Below are positions 38,596 to 49,105 of a stretch of DNA of 64,000 nt, piece after piece. Position 1 is the stretch's first letter, and each line of letters begins with the position of its first letter. Position numbers and translations under genes: made by a program. Origin of the DNA: Candidatus Helarchaeota archaeon (GTDB lineage Archaea; Asgardarchaeota; Lokiarchaeia; Helarchaeales; RDOG01); assembly GCA_019058315.1 (NCBI GenBank), contig JAHPZH010000002.1, positions 800,001 through 864,000 of the forward strand, given 5' to 3'. The notes below the pieces were generated by a model. It was not told the origin of the DNA. It searched no databases and saw only the letters and a program-made list of their open reading frames with translations.

Positions 38596-39756
38596 TTAAT
38601 CTTTGAATGTATTTTCTTGTTTTATGTTCAATAAAGATTTGAGATCGTCAAGAACTCCAGATATTAATTTTTTTGCATCATTTTTTGTATCTGTTTTTTC
38701 AATTTCTTTTTTTTCTATTAAAATTTCATCCTTAGTTGGGGTTGAACCAGTAAATTTTACCCATTCCCTAATATCATTTATTGATTTCTCGAGAGATTGA
38801 AATCGTTGTTCAATGGTTGTGCTTATCTTATAGAATGTATTTAGAAATTTATCCATTATATTTATAAAAAATTCTATATTTTGGTGTTTATCCGTAGGAA
38901 GAACTGTTAGATAATCTCTAATTTCTTTATACAAACTCTTACCATCGCCAAACCACTTATAAATACTATATGTGATAATCTCATAAGAAAATTTATTTTT
39001 TTGGAACAATTCATCAACTTTATTCTTTAAATATTGAATATTTTCTTTGATTTCTATATCTCCTTTAAGATCAGGATCATCTTTATGTAATATCACTAAA
39101 AATTCTGGATTTTCATTTAAACCTATAAGTAGATCGAGGATATCCTTTAAATATATTAAAGATTTCTCAAAATTTGGAGCATCTTGGACATCAATGACAT
39201 ATATAAGTATAGAAACATTTAAAAAATATTTTTCTGCATTTTCAAAATAAGCCATTCTATATACATCTTGCCCTCCCATATCCCATATTTGATAAGTAGA
39301 ATCAAACTTATCTAATACTACTCTATTCGCTCCTTTTGTCGGAGATAAATTATTAATCATCTCGAGGTTTGTATTTCCTTGTAAAATACTTAATATGGCT
39401 GTTTTTCCAGCGTTATCGAGCCCAACTATTGATATTTTTTGAGTTTCTAAAAAGTCATCTATCTTTCCTTCAGCAATCATTTTTGAAATAATTATCCAAC
39501 CATTTAATTGATGTGGTTGAATTCCCAACGCTTTTAAAACTAATTTGTCTTCTTTAGAAATGTATTTTGAGGAAAGTTGTCTTATTTTCGATATTTTTAA
39601 TACTTGTTTTAATATTGCTGCATTTTCTGCACTTAAACTTCTAATATGTGTGAAATCTAAATCTAATATGTCTTGTACTCTTATGGTTTTAGCTGGAATA
39701 GTGATGAACTTTTCAATTTTTTGCAAAGTTAATGCGTTTTTTATTGAATTTTCCAA
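38596..39756 (-). CDS. Arf/Rag-like small GTPase with N-terminal helical (HhH-like) domain and C-terminal coiled coil
   Basis: GLDNAGKT, PTKG, WDMGGQ, YVID, HKDD (HKxD) and YSIY. Confidence 0.85.
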   Translation of the reverse strand: MENSIKNALTLQKIEKFITIPAKTIRVQDILDLDFTHIRSLSAENAAILKQVLKISKIRQLSSKYISKEDKLVLKALGIQPHQLNGWIIISKMIAEGKIDDFLETQKISIVGLDNAGKTAILSILQGNTNLEMINNLSPTKGANRVVLDKFDSTYQIWDMGGQDVYRMAYFENAEKYFLNVSILIYVIDVQDAPNFEKSLIYLKDILDLLIGLNENPEFLVILHKDDPDLKGDIEIKENIQYLKNKVDELFQKNKFSYEIITYSIYKWFGDGKSLYKEIRDYLTVLPTDKHQNIEFFINIMDKFLNTFYKISTTIEQRFQSLEKSINDIREWVKFTGSTPTKDEILIEKKEIEKTDTKNDAKKLISGVLDDLKSLLNIKQENTFKD

Positions 39757-40087
39757 AAAGTTACACCAAAAATACCAGATAATCGGGTATAAAAGAATAA
39801 CAGATCATTTGATTTAAAATTGTTTTATATTTTAAATAATTCTATATTTCATTTTAACAAATATTATAATTTTTATTTAACAGCACTTTTCAAATTTGCA
39901 ATTTTCTTAATTTGGTATAATTTCAATCATATCTGAGGGGGGTAATACTTCGAACAATATTATTATAAAACTGGTTATAATCTATATTATCATTATTGAA
40001 AATTAAAAGTATATTTTAAGTTACAGAAAATAAGTAAAATTAATTATGAAACAGGTTTACGTTTCAAATCAATTGGTGAAATGAAAT

Positions 40088-41908
40088 TTGAAAACTATTA
40101 GTAATTTAGAAAATAATCCCTTTCAAATCTTAGGGCAATCTTCTGAAAAAGTATCTTATGAAGATTATTCAATTACTTCAACTCATATTCCAATGAGAGA
40201 TGGTGTGAAAATTGCTGCAACTATCTGTGTGCCTAATGGATTACCTTCCGGTGAAAAAATCCCTACTCTAATATCTCAAACCCGTTATATGAGAGCACAT
40301 ACTCTCAATATCCCATTTAGGTGGGTCTTTAATGAGGTGGTTTATGGATTACCTAAAACTGAAATTATTACAGGACATGGTTATGCTACTGTCTATATTG
40401 ATGTTAGGGGAACGGGAGCTTCACTTGGAACAAGACCTTATCCCTTTTCCGCAAATGAAATTAAAGATGGAGCCGATATTGTTGATTGGATAATTAAACA
40501 ACCATGGTCAAATGGAAAAGTTGTATCAAATGGTATTTCTTATTCTGGGTCGACAGCCGAATTACTTGCAGTAAATAATCACCCCGCTGTTAAAGCTGTT
40601 ATGCCTGGACACGCTTTTTTCGATCCTTATGCTGATGTTCTTTTTCCAGGTGGCTGTTTCTGCACGATGTTTGTACAGCTATGGTCAATTCTCGGACAGC
40701 TACTGGATCGAAATGATGTTTCCATGTTTAGACAAATCATGCCTGCCTTTTGGATGCTTCTCAAATCAGTTACACCAGTTGATTCTGACAAGGATTTAAG
40801 TCTTTTAAACCAGGCAATTAAAGAACATCATTCAAATGCATATATTTATGATTTAACTAAAAAATACTCATTTCGAGACGATTCTTTACCCGATGGAACA
40901 ACCCCTGATCAGTTTAGTATTTTCTATCATAAAAAAGAAATTGAAAAACTAAATGTTCCCGTTTTAGCTTGGAGTTCTTGGCTTGATTCGGGATATGGGG
41001 ATGCATCAATTAATCGTTTCCTAAATATTGATAATCCGATGATTACTATCATGGGCGATTGGAATCATGGTGCTAGAACGACTGCAAATCCATTTTTCCC
41101 GTCAAAAACGCAAGTTTCTCCCACACCGAAAGACAGACATACCGCTTGGGTCGGATTTTTCAATCAATGTTTAAAGGGTGGGGGAATAAAAGGAAAAACA
41201 CTATATTATTATACTATGGTTGAGGAAAAGTGGAAAAAAACAAGTGTTTGGCCACCTGAAGGGCATTCAATGCAAAGATGGTACCTCACAGATAATGGAT
41301 TGTCTACTTCCATGCCCCAAGATAAAGTAGGTGAAGATAATTATAAGATTAATTTTCGAACGACAACTGGCAATTTAAATCGCTGGTATACTCTTCTGTC
41401 ATTCCCTATTTCGTATCCAGATAGAGCCAAGGAAGATAAAAAATTATTAACTTATACGAGTGCTCCTCTTAATGAAGATATTGAAATCACTGGCAATCCC
41501 ATAATTAATTTATATCTTGCCTCAACACATGAAGATGGGGCTGTTTTCGCATACTTGGAAGATGTGGATGAAAATGGTAATGTTATTTATCTTACAGATG
41601 GCCAATTCCGAGTTATCCATCGTAAAATCTCATCTGAAAAACCGCTTTACAAAATGATGATCCCATATCATTCATTCTTAAAAAAGGATGCTATGCCTCT
41701 CGTGCCAGGGGAAGTCGCAGAAATTAAATTTGGGCTTTATTCCACTTCAGTGCTTATTCGTAAAGGGCATTCAATTAGAATAGCTATAGCAGGAGCAGAT
41801 AAAGATACATTTTTACGATACCCTGCGAAGGGAAAACCGACAATTACTATTGCCAGAAATAGAAATTATCCCTCCTATATTGACCTCCCGGTCATTCGTA
41901 AGGTGTGA
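40088..41908 (+). CDS. CocE/NonD-family hydrolase
   Basis: IPMRDGVKIA, TRY, DVRGTGAS, QPWSNGKV, GISYSG nucleophile, GDWNH and LTYTS. Confidence 0.92.
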   Translation: MKTISNLENNPFQILGQSSEKVSYEDYSITSTHIPMRDGVKIAATICVPNGLPSGEKIPTLISQTRYMRAHTLNIPFRWVFNEVVYGLPKTEIITGHGYATVYIDVRGTGASLGTRPYPFSANEIKDGADIVDWIIKQPWSNGKVVSNGISYSGSTAELLAVNNHPAVKAVMPGHAFFDPYADVLFPGGCFCTMFVQLWSILGQLLDRNDVSMFRQIMPAFWMLLKSVTPVDSDKDLSLLNQAIKEHHSNAYIYDLTKKYSFRDDSLPDGTTPDQFSIFYHKKEIEKLNVPVLAWSSWLDSGYGDASINRFLNIDNPMITIMGDWNHGARTTANPFFPSKTQVSPTPKDRHTAWVGFFNQCLKGGGIKGKTLYYYTMVEEKWKKTSVWPPEGHSMQRWYLTDNGLSTSMPQDKVGEDNYKINFRTTTGNLNRWYTLLSFPISYPDRAKEDKKLLTYTSAPLNEDIEITGNPIINLYLASTHEDGAVFAYLEDVDENGNVIYLTDGQFRVIHRKISSEKPLYKMMIPYHSFLKKDAMPLVPGEVAEIKFGLYSTSVLIRKGHSIRIAIAGADKDTFLRYPAKGKPTITIARNRNYPSYIDLPVIRKV

Positions 41909-41914
41909 AATAAA

Positions 41915-42277
41915 ATGGAAGAATTACTACCCAATTTAAAAAATTTATTTAAATCAACTATTGAAATCAAAGTGGATGATGCTAATCTTACACTTTCTAT
42001 GATTATAAAAAGCAAAGAAACTAGGGGCGGCTTTGCCACACCTAAAGAAATTAGGAATATGCTCCAGATATTTGGTGGATTGAAGGAAAAAATACCTATG
42101 GACATTGAAATTAATGATAAAGCTAAAATAATAGATTTAAAATTTCAAAATAAAGCTGATTTGAAAAAAGTACAAACGGTAATGGATAGAATTTGGGATC
42201 ATACTGTAGAAATTCTAGAAAGAGCTATAGCAGGGGATTTTGGGGTGCTTAAAGATATTGGGGAAATTGAGGAATAA
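41915..42277 (+). CDS. Hypothetical protein
   Basis: 120-aa ORF between cocE and the MFS gene, co-oriented with both. Confidence 0.7.
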   Translation: MEELLPNLKNLFKSTIEIKVDDANLTLSMIIKSKETRGGFATPKEIRNMLQIFGGLKEKIPMDIEINDKAKIIDLKFQNKADLKKVQTVMDRIWDHTVEILERAIAGDFGVLKDIGEIEE

Positions 42278-42322
42278 TAAGAAAAAATAATTCCTCCTTA
42301 ATTCAAATGAATACTTTTTTAA

Positions 42323-43699
42323 GTGTTAAAATTGACAGAAACAGTAGATTATGGAGAAAATGAAAAAATTCCATTAAAGGTCAATATGATCTACGGTCTA
42401 GGTAATTTGGGAACAACATTATTTACTGGAATCTTTGATGGGGCTATTGTAAAATATTATACCGATAAGGTATTTCTTCAACCTATTTATATTGGAATTG
42501 CATTTCTTATTTTTGCAATATGGAATGCACTTAACGATCCGATTTTCGGTCATATGTCTGATAAAACAAGGACAAAAATTGGTCGTAGAATCCCTTATTT
42601 AAGGGTTATCAGTTTTGTTTTTGGGATATCTTTTGTCATTGTATGGTTTCCACCAATAGGAACTCAAATTGAAATTTTTATATATTTACTCATTACAATT
42701 TTTATCTTCGATACTTGCTTCACAATTTACGGGCTTTGTTATATTGCGTTAATGCCCGAAATGTCTCTTGATCCTAACGAAAGAACAAAATTATCCTTAT
42801 ATATGACGGTATTTGGTATGATTGGGGTGATAATTACTTTTCTTATACCATTTATGTTTTTAACACAAATAGGAGGAAAGGAAGAATTCCAATTTATTTG
42901 TATTATTATTTCAATTGTAGGAACTATACTAATAATTCTAGCAGCCTTTACACTAAAAGAACGTGTTGGTTTCTACGATAAAGAAAAATCATTTGGACTT
43001 ATAGAAAATACCAAATATTGTCTGAAAAATAAAGCTTTTATAACATTTGTATTATATAATTTCGGTTTAACCTTAATCTTCTCAAATCTCGTAACTTCAA
43101 TCTTATATTATACTCAATATGTCTTAAATTTAAAAGGTGAGGCAGTATTTATACCTCTTTTAATAGTAATTGGAGGATTTTTTACTACTTACTTTCTAAC
43201 ACCAAAACTTGATGAGAAATATGGTATTCGAAAATCCCTATTAATAACCGGAATATTGGGTATTTTTGGCTTTCTTCTATTATTGATTCCTGATTTGATA
43301 TTGAGTAGTATTGCAATTTCAATTATAGCGGCATCAATAGCAGTCTATGCCATATTAGGTAATCCGATGATTGCTGATATTTGCGATGACGATGAAATTA
43401 AAACTGGATCGAGGAGAGAAGGTTCTTTTTTTGGTATAAACGCACTGGTAACCAAACCTGCAATCTCTCTAGGAGTTTTTATTATAACTTTAATGTTAAA
43501 CTATAGTGAATATTTTCCCCAATTAACTGAATATTTCCAATATCCTCAATCCGTTGGAGTAAAAATTGCAATCCAGATTACGATGGGGTTAATTTTTGCT
43601 GTTGTATTCGGTCTAAGTTTAATTAGTCTCTATTTTTATCCAATCCATGGTGAATATTACACCCGATTAAAAGAAGAAATAAAAAAAAGACACTTATGA
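42323..43699 (+). CDS. MFS glycoside-pentoside-hexuronide (MelB-like) transporter
   Basis: WNALNDPIFGHMSDKTRTKIGRRIPY and ADICDDDEIKTGSRREG. Confidence 0.92.
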   Translation: MLKLTETVDYGENEKIPLKVNMIYGLGNLGTTLFTGIFDGAIVKYYTDKVFLQPIYIGIAFLIFAIWNALNDPIFGHMSDKTRTKIGRRIPYLRVISFVFGISFVIVWFPPIGTQIEIFIYLLITIFIFDTCFTIYGLCYIALMPEMSLDPNERTKLSLYMTVFGMIGVIITFLIPFMFLTQIGGKEEFQFICIIISIVGTILIILAAFTLKERVGFYDKEKSFGLIENTKYCLKNKAFITFVLYNFGLTLIFSNLVTSILYYTQYVLNLKGEAVFIPLLIVIGGFFTTYFLTPKLDEKYGIRKSLLITGILGIFGFLLLLIPDLILSSIAISIIAASIAVYAILGNPMIADICDDDEIKTGSRREGSFFGINALVTKPAISLGVFIITLMLNYSEYFPQLTEYFQYPQSVGVKIAIQITMGLIFAVVFGLSLISLYFYPIHGEYYTRLKEEIKKRHL

Positions 43700-43731
43700 T
43701 ATATCTTATTATCAATTATTACTTTATTTAC

Positions 43732-45912
43732 CTATTTTTCTAATAAATCTGCAACATTAAAATTGCCCTGTTCATTAGCATAATCTAAGGCAGTTTTACC
43801 GCTATTATCTTTAATTTTTGGGTTTGCACCTTTTTTTAATAATAATTGTACAACTAGAAGCCAGCCTCCATATGATGCCAATATCAGAGGAGTTGCACCT
43901 TTTTCTTTTTCTTTTGCGTTTACATCATCACCAAATTCAATACATATTTTAGCAACTTCTATATGTCCTTCTAGAGAAGCTTGCATCAACGCAGTCCAAT
44001 CCAAATTATTCTTTATTTTTATTAGATTCTTATTTTTCTCCAAAAGATATTTTACAACAGGAGCATGTCCACTCCAAGCTGCTTGCAATAATGCCGAATT
44101 TCCCCTGGAATCCTTTAAATTGCTATCTGCACCTTTTTCTAAAAGAAATTTTACAACATCAAGATGTCCATAATACGCAGCTTTCATCAAGGCGGTATTA
44201 TCATCATCTTCCCTTTTATTTATATCTTCACCCTTTTTTAATGCAGCTTTAACAGCATCTAGATCTCCATTCCCAGCGGCTTCGGTAAGTTCCTTACTTT
44301 CTCCAATTGTTTTTTTTACTTCGACATATTTTGGTGCACCTTTCAACATTTCTATGATTTCAGGAGGTCTATGAATTTGAACTGCCATCCAAACATCTTC
44401 AGTTACGTGTGCTCCATTATCAAGGAGAACTCTAACAACATCTCTATAGCGTCCACCACAAGCAGGAACAAGTGCAGTAGAATCAATAGTATCTTTAGCA
44501 TTCACATCAGCTCCTTGATCAATAAGCAATTGTACAATATTGGCATGTCCATTACGAGCTGCTATAATTATCGGTCTATTTTCTGCAGTACCATTGACAT
44601 CAGCTCCATTCTCAATCGCAATTTTAACTCTATTTATGTCACCACTCCATAATGCATCATTCAATTCCCTATTAGCTTTTTCAGCTTGTTCTTTAGTTAT
44701 TTTCTTTTTCTTAATAATCTTTGGAATTGGTTCGCTAGGAGGTTTTAATAACTCCTCAATGTCAACGAAGCGTTTTAACCTAGCATAGTCATAGGCAGTT
44801 CTTAAACCAAGGCTATGAAGTTCTGTATTGGCACCTCTTTCCAATAATAATTTCACAGTTTCTAAGTGTCCTTGATCTGCTGCAACCATCAATGCAGTTA
44901 ATCCATTTGCAGTGGATTTTTCATCAATTTTTGCTCCTTCATCAAGAAGCAATCTTACAACTTCAAGATGTCCTTCACTAGATGCCCTCATTAATGCATT
45001 TTCCCCATGTTGATTAACAGCATTAATATCAGCTCCTTTTTCTAATAATAATTTTACAGAATCAACGTCTCCCTTCTCTGCACGATAAATTATTGCAGTA
45101 AAACCATGATCATTCTTAAAGTCAGGATCAGCTCCTTTGTCTAAAAGTAATTTTATAATCTTAGAGTTGCCCATAATACTACCAGCAATTAATGCATTTG
45201 CTCCGATTTGTTTTTCAACAATGTCAATATCTGCTCCATTATCCAATAATATTTCTACAACTTCAGTTTGCCCTGCACCGGCAGCGTCCATTAATGCAGT
45301 TGTACCAGTGTTTGTTACCGCATTAACATCTGCCCCCTTATCAATAAGAAGTTGTGTAAGTTTCACATGTCCATTTTTTGCTGCAAACATTAAAGGAGTC
45401 CAATTCGAATTACTTTTACTATTAACATCTGCTCCTTTATCCAATAATGAATTTATAATCTCAGTAAATCCTCCCTCACTAGCAATCATTAAAGCATTCC
45501 AACCTCCCGTTTTTTCCTTATGATTAACATTAGCATTATGTTCTATAAGTAATTTAACAATATCTGTATGTCCAAATTTTGAAGCATTTAATAATGAAGT
45601 CCTTCCTGTGTCATGGGTTTTTGCATCAACATCGGCCCCTTTTTAAGGAAGCGTTTTTATAATTTCAAAATGACCCTTCTGAGAAGCAATTAATAGTGAA
45701 GTCCATCCAGCATTATCTGCAGAATTAACATCTGCCCCGTTCTCAAGAAGGATTTTTACAACCTCAAGATGTCCATTTTCAGAAGCCCATATTAATGGAG
45801 TTCCACCATCTTTGTCCTTAACATTAACGTCTTCACCTTGCTTCAGTGCATCTAAAACTTCCTTTACATCTCCCTTTATGGAAGATTCAATAAGTTTATT
45901 TTCAGCTGACAT
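43732..45912 (-). pseudogene. Long ankyrin-repeat protein split by one in-frame TAA at 45643-45645 (joins track ORFs 45643..45912 and 43732..45489)
   Basis: Many G.TxLxxAxxxGHxxxVxxLLxxGAD repeats. The frame is continuous across ...IKTLP*KGADVDAKTHDTGRTSLLNASKFGH... Confidence 0.85.
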
Positions 45913-46005
45913 AGTATAATTCTTAAGTAGGATGATTTAAAAATATGATGATTAAGTTTTTAGTTAAAACTAATCGAGTTCGGAAATAATGGAAGATAAA
46001 ATAAA

Positions 46006-47199
46006 ATGAAAGTTCGTAAATTAGCAGAAAAAGATCGGACTACCTTCAAAAAACTTGTTCGATATGCATTTTCACCTATAGAAAATAATTATGAGAAACT
46101 AGAAGAACCTAGCGATGAAATTCCCATTGATCTTTTTTATGGTGTTTTCGATAATGAAAAACTCATGTCTGGATGCTTAGTAATTCCATATAAGATAAAA
46201 TTACGTGGTAAAACTATTAAAATGGGTGGAATTTCTGAAGTAGCAACAAAACCCGAATATCGTAATCGTGATGCAGTAAAAAATATGCTCTCCCAAATTT
46301 TTCAAGATTTATATGAAAAAGGAGTTCCAGTATCGGTCCTATACCCATTTAAAGTGTCTTTCTATGAAAAATTGGGGTATTATGTTGCTGAAGAACAAGT
46401 TTTATATCATTTTAAAATTACTAGCATTAAACCAAAGAAGACAAAGTATTACATGAAAGAAGTTGAGGATAATTTTGAAGATCTTAAAAAAATATATAAT
46501 GAAATAACAAATTTCTATGATTATATAGCATTAAGAGAAGAGTATCATTGGAAAGAAATACTTAAAAAATACTATAAATTTGTTTGCTATAATGAAAATA
46601 AACCGGTTGGTTATCTTATCATCCAATTTCCGAAAAGTGATACGCAATGGTGGAAAGAATTAACCAACATTGAGGAAACTATTTACATAAGAGAAGCATT
46701 TTGGCTTGATAAAAATGCTAAACAGACAATTTTTAACTTTCTATGGAGTCACAGAGATCACCGCAACTATGTTGCAGGAGCTTTCTCGGTAGATGAAAAC
46801 ATTATAGATATGCTAGACAACCCCCGGATTTTAAAACGGGAGACATATGTAAATTCCTTGCTTCGAATAGTCGATGTAAAAAAAGTACTAGAAAATCTAG
46901 AATATCCAATCAATAATTTCAATATATCAATACGAATTCATGATAAGCAATGTCCATGGAATCATGGTGATTTTCAACTTGATTTAAAAAATGGTGCAAT
47001 CAGTGTTAAGTTCCAAGAAAATAAAGGTGGCTCTGTTGACTTAGAAATAAATATTGGTCACTTTGCCCAATTAGTCGTAGGTTTCAGAACAATCAAAGAC
47101 CTATTAGAATTTGACTTTGTAACTATTAACAATGATAAAAAAGAATTACTTCAAAAAATCTTTCCTAAAGCGAATAATTATTTCAGGGACTTTTTTTAA
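46006..47199 (+). CDS. Eis-like GNAT acetyltransferase with C-terminal SCP2-like domain
   Basis: GGISEVATKPEYRNR, SVLYPF, FYEKLGY, RIVDV and DxxCPWN. Confidence 0.9.
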   Translation: MKVRKLAEKDRTTFKKLVRYAFSPIENNYEKLEEPSDEIPIDLFYGVFDNEKLMSGCLVIPYKIKLRGKTIKMGGISEVATKPEYRNRDAVKNMLSQIFQDLYEKGVPVSVLYPFKVSFYEKLGYYVAEEQVLYHFKITSIKPKKTKYYMKEVEDNFEDLKKIYNEITNFYDYIALREEYHWKEILKKYYKFVCYNENKPVGYLIIQFPKSDTQWWKELTNIEETIYIREAFWLDKNAKQTIFNFLWSHRDHRNYVAGAFSVDENIIDMLDNPRILKRETYVNSLLRIVDVKKVLENLEYPINNFNISIRIHDKQCPWNHGDFQLDLKNGAISVKFQENKGGSVDLEINIGHFAQLVVGFRTIKDLLEFDFVTINNDKKELLQKIFPKANNYFRDFF

Positions 47200-47261
47200 T
47201 CTTAAAAAAAATTAATGTCGAATTTCGCCATATACATTCTTTAATTAGAATCTTCATCTAA

Positions 47262-48545
47262 ATGCTTATGACGGAAAAATCAAGTAAATCAAAGGATAAA
47301 AAGAGGGATAAACTTAGTTCTTTTCAAATAATAACGGATCAACGTAATATTAAATTTCAAAATCCACGAAAAGATGTCCATACCGCCGAAATGATCATTT
47401 CTGGTTGTGGTTGGATCGATACAAATGATGGAGTTGTATTGATCGATACTTTAATGAGCGAAAATGCCGCTAGAATGGTATATAAGAAAATTCACGAAAT
47501 AAGCGGTAAAATCAAATATGTAATTTACACACACGGCCATGTGGATCATATTAGTGGATGCAAAGTTTTCATGGATGATAATCCTGAAGTCATAGCTAAT
47601 AAATATGTGTCTGAAAGGCTAGATGGCTACAAAATGCTAGCTCAACATAGAAACCGGATTTCGGCACAACAGTTCAATTTACCAGAATCAAATATGGAAA
47701 AAATGGCAGAAGAAATTTCTTCTAATTGGGTTTATCCAACTAAGACTTTTATAGGTGAGATGACTTTCTCTCTTGGTGAAAAAACCTTTGAGCTTCACTC
47801 TGCTCGCGCTGAAACTGATGATGCATGCTGGATTTGGGTACCCGAGATTAAAACGGCGATTGTAGGAGATTTAATATCTGGAGTTTTTCCAAACATAGGC
47901 AACCCATGGAAGCCCACTCGTTTTGCTTTGCCTTGGATTAAAGCCTTAGAGGAGGTTAGGGCTAAAGAACCAGAGCTCCTTCTAGCTAAAGGAGCAGGAA
48001 TCGCCTGTCAAGGAGATGATGTTATGGCTATTTTAAATGCAAATATCGAAGCCATACGTAGTCTGCATGACCAAGTTGTTGATTGCATTAATAAGGACAT
48101 GCATATTACAGAAATGATCCACGCTGTTAAACTTCCAGATCATCTCAAAGATAACCCATATCTTATGTCCTTGTATTCTAAACCCGAATTTTTCGTTTAT
48201 AATGTTTACAGATGGTATCATGGTTATTTTGATCACAATCCTGCTCACCTTCTACCTAGACCCGAAAAAGAAGTTAACACCGAGCTCTTTAATCTAATTA
48301 AGGATCCAAATAAAATTCTGGACAGAGCTAGAGAACTTTTAAAGCAAAAACAAGCTCAACTTGCTCTTGAAATACTTGATGTGTTGATTCAAGCTGATCC
48401 AGAAAATATAGAAGCAATTAAACTACGTATTAAAATCCTTAAAAAATTGGGGTCACGAGATTATTGCCTCATGTCACGTAATGCTTGGGTTTATTTCATC
48501 AATAAAGACAAGGAATTTCTTCAATCAAGGGAACAAAGCATATAA
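47262..48545 (+). CDS. Alkyl sulfatase-like metallo-beta-lactamase-fold hydrolase
   Basis: VLIDT, YTHGHVDH, ETDD, GD, PNxGNP, WYHGYFD.NPAHL and the dimerisation region. Confidence 0.85.
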   Translation: MLMTEKSSKSKDKKRDKLSSFQIITDQRNIKFQNPRKDVHTAEMIISGCGWIDTNDGVVLIDTLMSENAARMVYKKIHEISGKIKYVIYTHGHVDHISGCKVFMDDNPEVIANKYVSERLDGYKMLAQHRNRISAQQFNLPESNMEKMAEEISSNWVYPTKTFIGEMTFSLGEKTFELHSARAETDDACWIWVPEIKTAIVGDLISGVFPNIGNPWKPTRFALPWIKALEEVRAKEPELLLAKGAGIACQGDDVMAILNANIEAIRSLHDQVVDCINKDMHITEMIHAVKLPDHLKDNPYLMSLYSKPEFFVYNVYRWYHGYFDHNPAHLLPRPEKEVNTELFNLIKDPNKILDRARELLKQKQAQLALEILDVLIQADPENIEAIKLRIKILKKLGSRDYCLMSRNAWVYFINKDKEFLQSREQSI

Positions 48546-48549
48546 ATTT

Positions 48550-49005
48550 TTAGCCTTCATTAAAAACCAATTCATTACTAATTGGTTTTAATGGTTGTTT
48601 TTCAGCTATATTGCTGGCACACAACACTAGTCCGAATTTTCCTTCTTGAATGAGCTGTTTTTCATACGAAATTGGGAGTTTGGAGAAATCTAGAATAGAT
48701 GTTAATTCATCACCCTTTTTTAATTCAACAGTTTTACTTGGAGGATAAGTATTACTTGTTTTGAATTTTAAATTGGATGTGTCATAAGTATCGCTATCAG
48801 ATTTGCTTACTAGCACAAATTTGCCATTCCATAGCACATGCCCAAAATCATCGTCCCAGCTTATTCTGATTGGGTTATCACCTATATATTTGATATGGAC
48901 CTTAATTGTCGGAAATTTATCAACCCTGACAGATTTAGAATCTGTAGAAATGTTACATTCGATATTGCCAAAGAATTCTGCATAATCTGTTTCGTTTAGA
49001 GTCAT
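48550..49005 (-). CDS. Hypothetical Ig-like beta-sandwich protein
   Basis: 151-aa beta-rich ORF ending ISNELVF. Confidence 0.55.
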   Translation of the reverse strand: MTLNETDYAEFFGNIECNISTDSKSVRVDKFPTIKVHIKYIGDNPIRISWDDDFGHVLWNGKFVLVSKSDSDTYDTSNLKFKTSNTYPPSKTVELKKGDELTSILDFSKLPISYEKQLIQEGKFGLVLCASNIAEKQPLKPISNELVFNEG

Positions 49006-49105
49006 AAAAAAAACCTTTTTTTTATTATGCTTTATAGGTTTTTCTTATATTTTTAAGCTTTTATTATTAGCATTAACAAGATCAATTATTTAGCCAAAAA
49101 TTTTC

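Noticed and set aside
39962-39981. dif-like site ATTATAA-AACTGG-TTATAAT
   Set aside because: Only 7-bp all-AT arms, which is expected by chance in this composition and equally explained as divergent TATA boxes.
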